A stretch of DNA of 64,000 nt. Source: Candidatus Culexmicrobium cathedralense (GTDB taxonomy: Archaea > Thermoproteota > Methanomethylicia > Culexarchaeales > Culexmicrobiaceae). The notes below the pieces were generated by a model, which ran no database searches, had not been told where the DNA came from, and worked only from the letters and a program-made list of their open reading frames with translations. The position numbers and the translations under genes are program-made. Below, piece by piece: positions 30,605 to 41,282 of the stretch. How positions within the stretch are numbered: position 1 is the stretch's first letter; each line of letters starts with the position of its first letter. The stretch covers positions 384,001 through 448,000 of the forward strand of contig JANZKC010000002.1 in NCBI GenBank assembly GCA_025061115.1, given 5' to 3'.

Positions 30605-31833
30605 TCATTCCTGCCTAAGAGCCGCCGCTGGATCCAGCTTAGCAGCCTTTCTCGCCGGATAGATCCCCGGCTAAAACTCCCGACAATAACGCTACCATGA
30701 AAGCGGTCAGCATCAATTCAGCCGAAAATACAGGGAGTATTTCCAAGCGCCCCCTAGCAATTGGAGCCCTAATGAGCTTGAAGAAGTATGGGCCGATAAC
30801 GTAGGATAATGCAACTCCAGATATAAGTCCAATCAATCCGCCGATCAATCCAATCAAGGTAGATTCCATCATGAATAGAAGCATTATAGTATTTTCAGTT
30901 GCACCTAAAGCTTTCAATAATCCAATCAACCTTGTTCTCTCAATAACCGAAATATACATTATATATATTTGCAATTCCAATGCCAGCCACAACCAAAGAA
31001 ACAGTTGCAATCAACCCTAAAAACGAAGATATTTGACTGGATATATTGGTCATCGTCTCTATCATCTGGCTCGGAGCAATAACCCTCACCCTCTGGCCGT
31101 ACAAGTCAGTTACATGCTCAATTACCTGATCCACCAGCGAAACATCTTCAGCAACCAGTATCAAAGCATCATAATAATGCCTTTTATTAAACATGGAATC
31201 TGCGGCTTCAAGGGAAATCACAACCGAATCATCAATTGAGAAGGGCATAATTGCCCCGTAACTCTCCAGTATGCCCATGACGACCATCGAGGCAACGTAC
31301 GGCTTAGCCCTAAGCCTCCTAAACGTTACACTAACTGTTTGACCAACCATTAAAGGCTGAACTTCATCTTCGCCCTCCTCTTCAATTGGATTAGCAACGT
31401 TAACCCCTAGCAGAAGGCTAACATAATCATACTTTCCGGGTAAAGTCCCATCAGCCAACTTCAGCCCGGGAAAAACCTCCTGCAACGAGTCCGAATCAAT
31501 CCCCACAACCTGTACACTCATAAACTTGTCAGAAACACTTATCACTGCAGATCCAATTATAAGTGGAATAACCTTTCTCACACCAGATATCGACGAAAAT
31601 GAAGGCAAATCATATGCGGATACTCTATAGCCTCTAACTGGAATTACGAATATCAAATTTAATCCGGTTTTAGATACTTGATTTACGAAGTACTGATTTA
31701 AGCCTGCAGCCTGTGAAGTCAAAATTATCATTAATGAAGCACCAATAACCACGCCAAGCATGGTTAAAGCTGCCCTAAGCTTCCTGAACTTCAATGCTGA
31801 AAATGCAAGCAATACAACGTCCTTGAACCTCAT
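30605..31833 (-). pseudogene. MacB/FtsX-type ABC permease with two frameshifts
   Basis: LTMLGVVIG...GIGIANI then MYISVIERTR..IGLLKALGA after a 4-nt TA-repeat expansion (~30960); an extra G (~30665) hides the canonical GIYPARKAAKLDPAAALRQE end. Confidence 0.88.
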
Positions 31834-32426
31834 CTATTTACCCCTAACTCAAACTCAGCTTTCCCAAACTTTCTCCTAGCATAGAAGTAAGCTGCCGCAA
31901 CGCCCACTAAGAAGGAAATAATCGAAGCAAGTATAACGTCCATTCCAATAAATCCAGCTCGCCCTTGAACCTCATGCTCAACAGATCGTTTAGGAATAAC
32001 CTTTTATTTGCAGCGGGTACGTTGAAGAATGCTCTCTCCCCAAATCATCCTTAAAGGAAATGTTGATCATCAACGTGTATTTGCCAGGGGCCGCTGCCTC
32101 CTTAACTTTCAATGAAGAGCTGAACGGTGCCTGCGAACCAGATGATAAACTTCCCAAGTAAACCACCCCCATACCAGTTTCCTCCAAAATATCCTCCATA
32201 GACGAAACTGAAACCCTAATTCCCTTAGCAGCAGATATTCCATCATTCCTTAAAGCGCCTGAAATGGTGAGCGTATCACCAGCTTCAACCTCAAGAGGAG
32301 AAGCAGTTAAGCTTACCAATTGCAAGTCAACATATCCAATAACTGAAAAACCAATTTTACGAGTTTCAGTGATTTCAAATCCGCATTCATCCCTAAATTT
32401 ATCTTAAAAATAGTTTGAACTACCAT
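31830..32426 (-). pseudogene. 5'-truncated, frameshifted COG1361/S-layer-like Ig-repeat protein with C-terminal TM anchor
   Basis: LRNDGISAAK...YLGSLSSG...PGKYTLMINISFKDDLG; an extra A (~32003) separates the tail VIPKR...VILASIISFLVGVAAAYFYARRK, whose stop overlaps the permease ATG; a further slip near 32400. Confidence 0.75.
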
Positions 32427-32464
32427 TATTGATTACTAAAAAGAGGAACTTTTATTTTGTCACT

Positions 32465-33313
32465 TCATCGCATAAGGCTTCTGTTCAGCAGGCTCAATGC
32501 TGCTCCCAATATCGTCATTGCGAATCCAAATGTCATTAAAATTGAATTTATGAATTGAATTGTGAGTAGAGCATATTCTTGATGCAACTTTATAGTGAAA
32601 GCGTATAGTAATTGATTTCCAAGCGGAGTATATGCCAGGAATAGTCCGATTACTGCTAATCCTGAACCTGATATCATCATCGTTAAGTTGAAAGCTCGGC
32701 TTCTGAATTCTCGGCCAAAATTAACAGATCTCAATTGCATTGGCGTTATTGACGGAAATGCTTGAGCAATTGATTTCAATATCGCTGGAGTTACAATTAA
32801 TGAAAATGGCAGCATCGTTACGAACCACCATACAGTCAGCGCTACCGCAAATGAAGTCAATTCGAGCCACGTTAAATTAGGTGGTAGTGCCCCCAAAAAG
32901 TAAATTGTCGGCACGTATAAGAAAGCGCATAAAGCATTCCCTATGATAAGCGTCAAGTATGTTGTTAAAATGAACCTCTTCAAGCTGAATTTTTCGTGTA
33001 AAAGCTTACCGTAAATGTAGAAGGCAATAAAATTACTTGGCACAGCTGCAATCAAGCTTGGAATATAGGGACAATGATGCTTAATTGAATCCGCAATGAA
33101 AGTTCCTATCGCTGCGCCCAAACCTGCCGGCATGCCACCAAAAATAACTGCTATTACTTGCGGGATTACTACTGCCGGTCTAAATTGCCCCCTACCCCAT
33201 GGCGACACGATATATGCAGTTAAATAGCATCCCAAAGCATATAATGCCGCGCACATGGCAGCAGAGACAACGCGCAATGCACCAGTAACCTTAAATTCAC
33301 TCATATGATTCAA
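32465..33313 (-). CDS. Multi-pass membrane protein, ECF S-component/QueT-like
   Basis: AAMCAALYA, QFRPAVVIP, AIGTFIAD; about 8 hydrophobic segments. Confidence 0.6.
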   Translation of the reverse strand: MNHMSEFKVTGALRVVSAAMCAALYALGCYLTAYIVSPWGRGQFRPAVVIPQVIAVIFGGMPAGLGAAIGTFIADSIKHHCPYIPSLIAAVPSNFIAFYIYGKLLHEKFSLKRFILTTYLTLIIGNALCAFLYVPTIYFLGALPPNLTWLELTSFAVALTVWWFVTMLPFSLIVTPAILKSIAQAFPSITPMQLRSVNFGREFRSRAFNLTMMISGSGLAVIGLFLAYTPLGNQLLYAFTIKLHQEYALLTIQFINSILMTFGFAMTILGAALSLLNRSLMR

Positions 33314-33604
33314 CCACCCTAAGCGCCACTAATCTAGCAAATGAAATAGCATAAATTAATTTTGCTTCGATTTAAATGAACAAGCTAATTCACATAATGG
33401 TGTTAGCTCACAATGTACAATAAATTATTCAAAGCATAAGGTTTGATTTCTAAGTGCTAGCACATTTTAACTAGAAATCTCAAAGCTGAAAGGCCTTGAG
33501 AGTTAATGAAATATCCTACACAGTAGCACCACTAAAAGCAATTGCTACATGTGCCTTAGCTATATTCTCAAATATCGGTACTTGCAGGCTTCTCACGATA
33601 GTTG

Positions 33605-33682
33605 TGGTGGGCGGGGTGGGATTCGAACCCACGACCTCCGCCGCGTAAGGGCGGCATCCTAGTCCAGCTAGACGACCCGCCC
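33605..33682 (-). tRNA. tRNA-Val(TAC)
   Basis: Cloverleaf GGGCGGG..CCCGCCC-A-CCA; anticodon arm CCGCC-CT-TAC-GC-GGCGG; no intron. Confidence 0.96.
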
Positions 33683-33727
33683 ACACTTATAATGCCAATC
33701 ACCAGTGGAATAAGTTTTATGCTCTAT

Positions 33728-34270
33728 TTACTGACGCGCTTTAATTTTGGCCAGTTCCTTTTTCAAAGCTTCAACTCTCTTCTCTAAGAAGCTTATTATC
33801 TCCTTGTTGTCATGGGGCTGAAGGGGAGCATCGCATATAGGGCATTTAAATGAAGTTTCCACCGCATTTTCGAAGGTTAGTCTGACACCGTCTTTTGGGC
33901 AGTAGAAGAATATGTGGTTGCGCTCGTACTCGAGTCTTTGACTTAATTTTTCCAGTACCAATTGCTTTTTCAAATTTACGAGTGATTCAATGTTGTCCCT
34001 ATTTAGGCGCCATAGGTAGATGTACCACCCAGTGGATTTGTCGCGTATTCTGCGGTAGGATGCTAACTGATTGTCGAATAGGGTGTATAGTATTTTTCTA
34101 ACGCTATTTAATTTGATGCCTGTTTTCTCTGCTATTTTCTCGTCTGTTAGTTCATATTCCTCTGCTAGGGCTAAGGCTACTGCTACCGCGTCTTCTCCCC
34201 CGATCTCCTCTATTACTGCTATGAAACTCTCGTCTATTTCGAAGCCGAAAGCCTCATAATAATCGTACAT
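33728..34270 (-). CDS. tfe: Transcription factor E (TFE alpha)
   Basis: TDEKIAEKTGIKLNSVRKILY, GWYIYLW, Zn ribbon CPKD...FKCPICD. Confidence 0.95.
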   Translation of the reverse strand: MYDYYEAFGFEIDESFIAVIEEIGGEDAVAVALALAEEYELTDEKIAEKTGIKLNSVRKILYTLFDNQLASYRRIRDKSTGWYIYLWRLNRDNIESLVNLKKQLVLEKLSQRLEYERNHIFFYCPKDGVRLTFENAVETSFKCPICDAPLQPHDNKEIISFLEKRVEALKKELAKIKARQ

Positions 34271-34336
34271 TCGCTTTTATCCACTCCACCTCTTGCTAAC
34301 TTTAAATTGTTTGGCCATAAATTTAAGTTCTTTGAC

Positions 34337-34879
34337 TTAATTTAGCTTAACAACTTTCTTGCCCCTAGGGCTAGGGCAAACCTTGATTTTCGCGCCCTTA
34401 AATTGGGATCTGAAAACCCAATCTTTAGTCAGCTCCTTCAAGAATACCGCTAGAGCTGCAACTTCAGAGTGAGGCTGATTTCCAATTGCCACATTCCAGT
34501 CAGCAAGCAAGTAATATTTCTTTGGAACCTTTTCAGCGCCAACAATTATCAGCTTATCTTTATTGGAGCGTCTAATTTCATCAATTACGTCCGGCAAATT
34601 TAAGCCGTACATGGTTAAGTGTATAACTTCACCTCCACTCTCCCTCCACTTCCTAATGAAAGAGGTAGGGTTAACACCAACCTCAACAGTGAAAGGCCCA
34701 CCCCAAGCCTCAACCACCCTAAGCAGAGAGCTCTTCACGCTCTCATCATCAGCATCTATCGCTATGCCATCTGCCCCAAATGCCCTTGCAACTAAGCCGA
34801 CGTGCGTTGTTACTCGCTTATCCCTCTCAGGCCTATGACCTATCCTCAAAACCACTATCTTATACTGCCAATCCTTCAT
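34337..34879 (-). CDS. trm56: tRNA (cytidine56-2'-O)-methyltransferase aTrm56
   Basis: LRIGHRPERDKRVTTHVGLVARAFGA, HLTMYG, GAEKVP, NQPHSEVAALA. Confidence 0.96.
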   Translation of the reverse strand: MKDWQYKIVVLRIGHRPERDKRVTTHVGLVARAFGADGIAIDADDESVKSSLLRVVEAWGGPFTVEVGVNPTSFIRKWRESGGEVIHLTMYGLNLPDVIDEIRRSNKDKLIIVGAEKVPKKYYLLADWNVAIGNQPHSEVAALAVFLKELTKDWVFRSQFKGAKIKVCPSPRGKKVVKLN

Positions 34880-34929
34880 GATATATCACACAACATTTTA
34901 ATTAAAGCAACTAATTGAATTTAACGAGT

Positions 34930-36048
34930 ATGAAAGCAGTATTGGTAGAGTGCATAGTAGGAAGAAGTAAATCCAAGCTGAGCGAGCTGCAGGAGCTCGC
35001 CAAAAGTAGAGGTTATGAGGTAGTTGGAATACTAACTCAAAAAAGAAGTAAGCCGGATCCAGCATTCTACATTGGCAAAGGGAAAGTTCAGGAACTTAGG
35101 GAGTTGGTTGAGAAAACTAGGGCAAGCACGGTTATCTTCGCAAACACTCTCAAAGCTAGCCAAGCATTTAGGATTAGAAGGGAAATTGGGTGGCATATAA
35201 GCGTAATTGATAGAAACCTCTTGATTTTGGAGATATTTGAGGAGCGAGCTAGGACAGCTGAAGCTAAACTCCAAATAGAGCTGGCTCGCCTATACTACAT
35301 GCTGCCATGGACGAGGGAGTACGTGAGATTTCGAAACCTATATGGCGAGCAAGTAGGCTGGGGAGCACTTGGAGAATACCTACACAAAGTATATGAAAGG
35401 CATGTCAGAAGCAGAATAGCTACCCTGGAAAAGAAGCTAGAGAAATTAAAGTTTCAAAGTAAAATGAGGATAGTTAAAAGACATGAACTGGGATTTCCAG
35501 TAGTTATACTTACGGGCTACACGCAAGCTGGGAAAACGGAGCTCTTCAATAGGCTAGCAAGGGAGTCGAAGCCAACAGGTTTAGGGCCGTTCACAACCCT
35601 CTCAACATGCGGCAGAAAGGTTAGGATTAGAGGCTTAGGGAGCTTCATACTAGTTGACTCAATAGGATTTGTTGAAGACATGCACCCACTAATACTGGAG
35701 GCATTCTACGCCACGCTAAATGAACTAGCGCTATCAGACCTGATACTGCTCGTCATAGATGTAAGCGAAAGCAAATTGGAAATAAGAAGGAAAGTCTTGG
35801 CCTCAGAGGAAATCCTACGGAGAATTGCTCCTGCAACTCCAGTCATAGTTTGCCTAAACAAAATAGACCTAGCCACCAGCGAAAAAATTGAGGCAGCAGA
35901 AAGCATAGTTAGGGAGGCATTTCCATACCAATGCATAATACCCATAAGCGCAAAGAAGGGAGACAACTTAGATAAGCTGATGAGCGAAATCGCGGACCAA
36001 ATAAAGTCTGAAATAGAAGATTATGGGAGGATCAGCGCTTCCTCCTAA
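34930..36048 (+). CDS. hflX: GTPase HflX
   Basis: YIGKGKVQE, DRNLLILEIF..RARTAEAKLQIELA, GYTQAGKT, DSIGF, NKID, SAKKG. Confidence 0.92.
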   Translation: MKAVLVECIVGRSKSKLSELQELAKSRGYEVVGILTQKRSKPDPAFYIGKGKVQELRELVEKTRASTVIFANTLKASQAFRIRREIGWHISVIDRNLLILEIFEERARTAEAKLQIELARLYYMLPWTREYVRFRNLYGEQVGWGALGEYLHKVYERHVRSRIATLEKKLEKLKFQSKMRIVKRHELGFPVVILTGYTQAGKTELFNRLARESKPTGLGPFTTLSTCGRKVRIRGLGSFILVDSIGFVEDMHPLILEAFYATLNELALSDLILLVIDVSESKLEIRRKVLASEEILRRIAPATPVIVCLNKIDLATSEKIEAAESIVREAFPYQCIIPISAKKGDNLDKLMSEIADQIKSEIEDYGRISASS

Positions 36049-36529
36049 ATTTAATTTCTGCAATGTCCCCCAAAGTCAATTCGAACTTTTTAGAAGTTAG
36101 AGTAGGTTGATGCAATTCAGGAGCTAATGCAGGCACTAAAAGCTTAACCTTAAGAACCGACTCCAGCTTCCTGGCAAGCGGTATAGGCGGAACCATAGCT
36201 CCAGACTCTATCCTACGTATAACCGACACCTTCTCCTTAACCCTTTCAGCTAAAATCTCCTTGGTCCAACCTAGAGCCTCCCTAGCAGCCCTAATCCTCT
36301 CAGCATAGTCCTCAACAACCTCAAGCTCCTCAACCAATCTTCTCCTCACGGCTCTAGGCTTAACCGATTTGACCCTAGTCGGCTTATAGGTAAACCTTGA
36401 AGCCTTAGGCTTCTCCATAATGGGAGAGCCGTACTTCGCGCATTCACCACAAACAGTTAAAACCGCACCTGCAATCAGAACCTTCCTACCCCTGCCCCTA
36501 AGAGGCTTGCCGCATAATTCACAGCTCAA
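36032..36529 (-). CDS. mbf1: Multiprotein bridging factor aMBF1 (Zn ribbon + HTH)
   Basis: CELCG...VCGECAKYG, IRAARE..GW, RRIESG, LTLGDI; divergent from pan. Confidence 0.93.
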   Translation of the reverse strand: MSCELCGKPLRGRGRKVLIAGAVLTVCGECAKYGSPIMEKPKASRFTYKPTRVKSVKPRAVRRRLVEELEVVEDYAERIRAAREALGWTKEILAERVKEKVSVIRRIESGAMVPPIPLARKLESVLKVKLLVPALAPELHQPTLTSKKFELTLGDIAEIKFRRKR

Positions 36530-36663
36530 AATTCACACCACAGCAATTATGCGCATGTCAACTTATACGGTTTACGCTCATGGTAGAAATTTTAATTTTA
36601 GACGAAGCGAGAAGTATCTACGGAGAACATCAGCGTACATAGAGTTGAAGTGAGGGCGACGCC

Positions 36664-37851
36664 TTGCCATCCCCAATAGATAGCGAGGAAATCACCTACT
36701 TTAGAAGAGTTGAGAGCTACACCAAGTACTTAGAGAGAAAGCTCAGAAACTTGGAATTGGAATTCCAGGTTTTAAGCGAAGAGAGAGACAGACTACTTCA
36801 AGAAATAGAGTTCCTCAGGGAAGAGCTCAAAAGATTAAGCTCCCCACCCTTAATTGAAGCGCGAGTGGTGGAAGTCCTAAGCGATGGAAGAGCAATAGTG
36901 AGGAGCTCAACTGGGCAGAGCCTAGTAGTTTACGTGTCAAGCTTCATAGATAAGCGAAAGCTGCGGCCAAACGTCAGGGTAGCCCTCAATCAAAGGACGT
37001 TCGCCGTAGTCGAAATACTACCTCAAGTCGAAGACCCATACATAAGGGGAATGGAAGTAATTGAAAAGCCAAATGTCACCTACCGCGACATCGGAGGCCT
37101 AGAAGAGCAAATAAAAGAGATTAGGGAAGCCGTAGAACTACCATTATTAGAGCCAGAGCTATTCAATGAAGTAGGCATAGATCCACCTAAGGGAGTCCTC
37201 CTATACGGGCCGCCTGGATGCGGTAAAACGCTGCTAGCAAAGGCAGTAGCCCACGAAACGAAGGCTACGTTCATAAAGGTTGTTGGCTCGGAACTAGTGA
37301 GAAAGTACATTGGAGAAGGAGCAAGAATGGTCAAAGAACTATTCTCCCTAGCAAGAAGAAAAGCCCCAAGCATAGTGTTCATCGACGAAATAGATGCCAT
37401 TGGCGGAAGAAGAATGGACCTATCAACAAGCGGAGAAAGGGAAGTCCAAAGAACAATGGCCCAGCTACTAAGCGAGATGGACGGCTTCAACCCCAGAGGA
37501 AACGTGAAAGTAATAGCAGCAACAAATAGGATAGACATGCTCGACCCAGCTCTACTCAGGCCAGGAAGATTCGACAGGATAATTGAAGTACCACTTCCAA
37601 ACGAGAAGGGGCGACTTGAAATCCTGAAGATACACACCAGAAGAATGAGGATATCGAAGGAAGTATTACTGGAAACACTAGCCAAGATGACTGAAGGGGC
37701 GAGCGGAGCCGACATAAAAGCAATATGCACCGAAGCCGGAATGAATGCCATAAGAGAAAAGCGAAAGTGCGTAAAGATGATGGACTTCCTGAAGGCAATA
37801 GATAAAGTGCTGAAGGGCAAAAAGCATACAATCCCAACGGCGTACATGTAG
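36664..37851 (+). CDS. pan: Proteasome-activating nucleotidase
   Basis: Coiled coil + OB fold, [39 protein letters not shown]. Confidence 0.97.
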   Translation: MPSPIDSEEITYFRRVESYTKYLERKLRNLELEFQVLSEERDRLLQEIEFLREELKRLSSPPLIEARVVEVLSDGRAIVRSSTGQSLVVYVSSFIDKRKLRPNVRVALNQRTFAVVEILPQVEDPYIRGMEVIEKPNVTYRDIGGLEEQIKEIREAVELPLLEPELFNEVGIDPPKGVLLYGPPGCGKTLLAKAVAHETKATFIKVVGSELVRKYIGEGARMVKELFSLARRKAPSIVFIDEIDAIGGRRMDLSTSGEREVQRTMAQLLSEMDGFNPRGNVKVIAATNRIDMLDPALLRPGRFDRIIEVPLPNEKGRLEILKIHTRRMRISKEVLLETLAKMTEGASGADIKAICTEAGMNAIREKRKCVKMMDFLKAIDKVLKGKKHTIPTAYM

Positions 37852-38351
37852 TGAGAGCAATGACATCCACAGACCTCTATAGAATCAGGAGAATAGCTGA
37901 ATACCAATTTGGAAAAGGCATTGGAGACATACTATTCCCAAACGGCGTTGAAATAGAAAAATCAAGAAAAACAGGCAAAATAAGGAGAATATACCATGAA
38001 GGCAAGCTGCTAGCAACAATGAGAGCCAGCGACGGATACCTAGCCCTATCAATAGAAGGAGCTAGAAGAATAGTGGAAAAAACTAGGAAACCCAAGTTAA
38101 GGGTTATAGTGGCAGGCGAGATCGCAAAGTTCATCAAGGAAGGGAGAAACGTCTTCGCAAAACACGTGGTCGAAGCAGACCCCAACATTAGGCCTGGAAG
38201 CGAAGTTATAGTTGTCGACGAAAGCGACAGACTATTAGCAGTTGGAAGAGCAGTATTAAATGGTGAAGAAATGATTTCCTTTAAAAGTGGAGTAGCCGTT
38301 AAGGTAAGAAAAGGAGTAGGCGGTGAAAAATGTGAGGAGAATGTCACCTAG
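37851..38351 (+). CDS. Pre-PUA/PUA domain protein (archaeosine TGT C-terminal-like)
   Basis: IAEYQFG, SRKTGKIR, GRNVFAKHV, LLAVGRA, GVAVKVRKG. Confidence 0.88.
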   Translation: MRAMTSTDLYRIRRIAEYQFGKGIGDILFPNGVEIEKSRKTGKIRRIYHEGKLLATMRASDGYLALSIEGARRIVEKTRKPKLRVIVAGEIAKFIKEGRNVFAKHVVEADPNIRPGSEVIVVDESDRLLAVGRAVLNGEEMISFKSGVAVKVRKGVGGEKCEENVT

Positions 38352-38694
38352 AGAGATGAGGAGGCTCATGAAGAAGCTAGGCATGCAGTTAGAGGAGCTG
38401 TCAGACGTTGAGGAAGTAATCATAGTCAGGGAAAGGGAATTGATCAAGCTTACAAGCCCCACGGTCTCGCTAATGAAAATTGGAGGACAAACAATATTCC
38501 AAGTAGTAGGTGAGCCAATAACCACACCGAGAGAAGAAACTGAAAAGAAGGAAGCAATCGAAATTCCAGAGGAAGATGTACAGCTAGTAGCTGCTCAAGC
38601 AGGAGTCAGCATAGAAGAAGCGAGAAGAGCATTAATGGAAGCTGAAGGGGACCTGGCAAAGGCAATTTTAACGTTAACATCCATGAAGAAATGA
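38323..38694 (+). CDS. nac: Nascent polypeptide-associated complex protein (true start probably 38332-38341)
   Basis: PREMRRLMKKLG, EEDVQLVAAQAGVS, GDLAKAI (UBA). Confidence 0.95.
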   Translation: MKNVRRMSPREMRRLMKKLGMQLEELSDVEEVIIVRERELIKLTSPTVSLMKIGGQTIFQVVGEPITTPREETEKKEAIEIPEEDVQLVAAQAGVSIEEARRALMEAEGDLAKAILTLTSMKK

Positions 38695-38695
38695 G

Positions 38696-39331
38696 CTAGC
38701 GAGCTTGAGCCCTCAATTCAAGCTTTCTCTTAATCCTCTTAACTCTGAAAATGTCTTCGCGCTCCCTCTCAGCAAGATAGAGCTCGATGTACTTGATGGC
38801 ATCCTCAATTTTAGGAATTACAATCGACTCAAGAGCATTAACTCTCCGCCTAACCTTCCTCACCTCCTCAGCCAGCCTAGTTAAAGTCGCACTCGCCTCA
38901 GCGAGCTTAACGATCTTGCTCACCGCAATAGAAAACTTCTCAACAGCAGTGTCAAGATATGCGGTCGTATCGATCAAGCTGTATGGCCGCTCAACCCGCC
39001 TAATATTTGCAGTGAACACCGGAATTAAAACGCCCATAACATTCCTCGTCCTCATATCAACCTCCACAGCCTCAGGAACTCCAGCTGCAATCCTCTCAAT
39101 TCTAAGTGCACCCAGCTCAATTTCAGCTCCGCTTAAAGCTGCAAAAGCCTCCCTTAACGCTAATATGACCTCCTCTCTGAGAGACTTATAATCCTGAACG
39201 GCAGCGAAAAACTCCATTATAAGGGCGTCCCTCTTTTCCTGGAGAAGCTCCAAACCTCTCTTAGCTAACTTCAACCTACGCTTAAGCGCCAGCAGCTCCA
39301 TCCTAGTCGGCTTAACTTCCATTGTAGCCAT
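38696..39331 (-). CDS. atpD: A/V-type ATP synthase subunit D, stand-alone
   Basis: KPTRMELL, LLQEKRDAL, NVMGV, RRRVNALE..VIP, ERERE. Confidence 0.95.
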   Translation of the reverse strand: MATMEVKPTRMELLALKRRLKLAKRGLELLQEKRDALIMEFFAAVQDYKSLREEVILALREAFAALSGAEIELGALRIERIAAGVPEAVEVDMRTRNVMGVLIPVFTANIRRVERPYSLIDTTAYLDTAVEKFSIAVSKIVKLAEASATLTRLAEEVRKVRRRVNALESIVIPKIEDAIKYIELYLAEREREDIFRVKRIKRKLELRAQAR

Positions 39332-39440
39332 AAGTACACCGCCACAATAACTAGCACATGAAAATTTAAAACAATTCTGCTATCCTCAGCAACCGAGCAG
39401 TAAGCGTAAAATAGATGTCTACACTAGATGAGTTGAAAAC

Positions 39441-40394
39441 TCAACGAGGCCTTGAAAATTTACGCATTATGAATATGCGCCCCCCATAACTCACCTTCAC
39501 AACGCTTCCCTTACGTACGAGATCCTCCAGAACTTCATTGGGATTCAAGCCAGCTCTCTCAAAAAACTTGTAGGCATAGTCAAGCCTCATTGGATGAACA
39601 GAAACAATTGCCAAGAAGTCCTTAATTGGATCGCTAATAAAAGTAAATTCAGGACCCTCAAAAGCCGAGAGCAATTCAACCTTCCCCAAACCTAAAGCTT
39701 CAGCAAACAATGAATAGGCACTTACGATCAAGTCCTCCGAAGGCAGGTTAACCCAAGCTTCAGCTGGAGGTCTAATGGGAATTGAGATGTAGGCTTTAAA
39801 TGGATTAACCCTGGATATGAATTTAGCAGTTTCCCGAATAGAATGTTCACTTGTATTCAAGCCACTTACAAGCATCGTCTCAGTGATCAAAATACCCCTA
39901 TAGCTACGAGCAAACGCCATTATTCCCTCAAGCACCTCATCCAAGGAGAGGCGCGGATGCGGCCTATTAACAGCGCTCCAAACTTCAGGTAAGGCGGAAT
40001 CCACCTTCAATGAAACCAGGTCGAACAGGGATAAGTCACTTCTAACGTCATCCCTAAAAATTAGCGACGCATTAGTTAGCACGGCAACTGGAACTTCAAT
40101 TTTCTCCTTAATTTTCTCCACGATATTGCCAAGATTTATGTCAAGAGTAGGCTCGCCATCGGGCACAAAAGTTACATAATCGATTGGAGAGCTGAGATTT
40201 CTAACCGACTCAATAACCTCATTAGCAACCTCGTCTGGAGGGTAGAACTCCCTTCTCTCAACTCCTAAACGCATAGTTCTACCAAGCTGACAGTAAACGC
40301 ACGAGTACGTGCAATGCTTTGCAGGGATGTTATTTACCCCCAAAGACATTCCAAGCCTCCTAGATGGAACAGGTCCAAAAACGTACTTCCCCAC
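39441..40394 (-). CDS. Radical SAM protein (COG0731-like)
   Basis: FGPVPSRRLGMSLGVN, CTYSCVYCQLG, DGEPTL, LTNAS, RPPAE, HPMR. Confidence 0.9.
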   Translation of the reverse strand: MGKYVFGPVPSRRLGMSLGVNNIPAKHCTYSCVYCQLGRTMRLGVERREFYPPDEVANEVIESVRNLSSPIDYVTFVPDGEPTLDINLGNIVEKIKEKIEVPVAVLTNASLIFRDDVRSDLSLFDLVSLKVDSALPEVWSAVNRPHPRLSLDEVLEGIMAFARSYRGILITETMLVSGLNTSEHSIRETAKFISRVNPFKAYISIPIRPPAEAWVNLPSEDLIVSAYSLFAEALGLGKVELLSAFEGPEFTFISDPIKDFLAIVSVHPMRLDYAYKFFERAGLNPNEVLEDLVRKGSVVKVSYGGRIFIMRKFSRPR

Positions 40395-40417
40395 TTAAAC
40401 CACCACTCAGATCTAAC

Positions 40418-41146
40418 TCAGCAATTCCCTCCAATAACTATGCGCCTACCAGCATAAGCGCTAACAAACCTTTCGGCGAGAAGCTTGGAAAGGACATTTA
40501 TAGCAGCGTTGCTAGTGCAATGGCAAGGGGCAACGAGCTTCACATCAAAATGCTCGAGTACTTTGGCGACATCATATGCCTCAGCAGCGTCAATGTGAAA
40601 GCCTCCAATGACACCCCATATACTACTGGACTCAGTGACTTCCGCAGCCCGTTCAAGTATTGAAGCTACTCCAGGGTGGGAGCATCCTACGAAAACAACT
40701 GGGCCGCAACCTTTAACGTTGATTATAAGTGAGTGCTCCTTCAAAAAACGTCCAAGAACTCCAGATGTGATAATTCCATCACATAGCTTAACTGGCCTTC
40801 CTGCATCAATGAAATCGCCTCTCCTAAATAGAGGTCTTGACGGAGCTAATACCTTAGCACCGCGACCAACACTAGCTAAATACGCCGTTAATCCACCTAG
40901 ACCTCCAGAGTGATCTCCATGCCAATGGCTGATGAAAACGAAGTCCAAATCCCTTAATGGAACTTTCAAAACCTCCGAATTATGCCTCAATATTTCCCAG
41001 CTAGAATCAGTGTCGAATAGAATTTTAGCCGATTCACACTCTAAGTAAATGGATAGCCCCCAAGCCGAAATTACATTGCGGCTAACTCGCCTATTATCCA
41101 CTACAATTATCACCTTAATACCGTCCACACAATTGGCAAAGCTCAA
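40418..41146 (-). CDS. MBL-fold metallo-hydrolase (COG1237-like)
   Basis: WGLSI, LFDT, SHWHGDHSGG, GCSHPG, GGFH, PCHCT. Confidence 0.9.
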   Translation of the reverse strand: MSFANCVDGIKVIIVVDNRRVSRNVISAWGLSIYLECESAKILFDTDSSWEILRHNSEVLKVPLRDLDFVFISHWHGDHSGGLGGLTAYLASVGRGAKVLAPSRPLFRRGDFIDAGRPVKLCDGIITSGVLGRFLKEHSLIINVKGCGPVVFVGCSHPGVASILERAAEVTESSSIWGVIGGFHIDAAEAYDVAKVLEHFDVKLVAPCHCTSNAAINVLSKLLAERFVSAYAGRRIVIGGNC

Positions 41147-41282
41147 GGCAGCATCAACCTCAATTAGCTAAATGCAAAAACCTCCAAGAGAGAAGCTCCT
41201 CAAGTTTAACTCCAATACTCCAACAGCAAACTCGCAGGCAGGACCCAAGAGAGCAACCGGCAACCACAGCTCAGCACGCCCA

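Noticed and set aside
33602-33787. 61-aa ORF here, and the 95-aa ORF at 46934..47221
   Set aside because: Both are translations across tRNA genes.
37080-37907. 275-aa minus-strand ORF, and many similar antisense or alternate-frame ORFs in the track
   Set aside because: Shadow ORFs of well-supported genes (here pan), Ser/Leu/Ile-rich with no motifs.
41160-41260. Short Cys-containing ORF (MVAGCSLGSCLRVCC..., 35 aa) upstream of the MBL gene
   Set aside because: No clear SD or motif; cannot be distinguished from chance.
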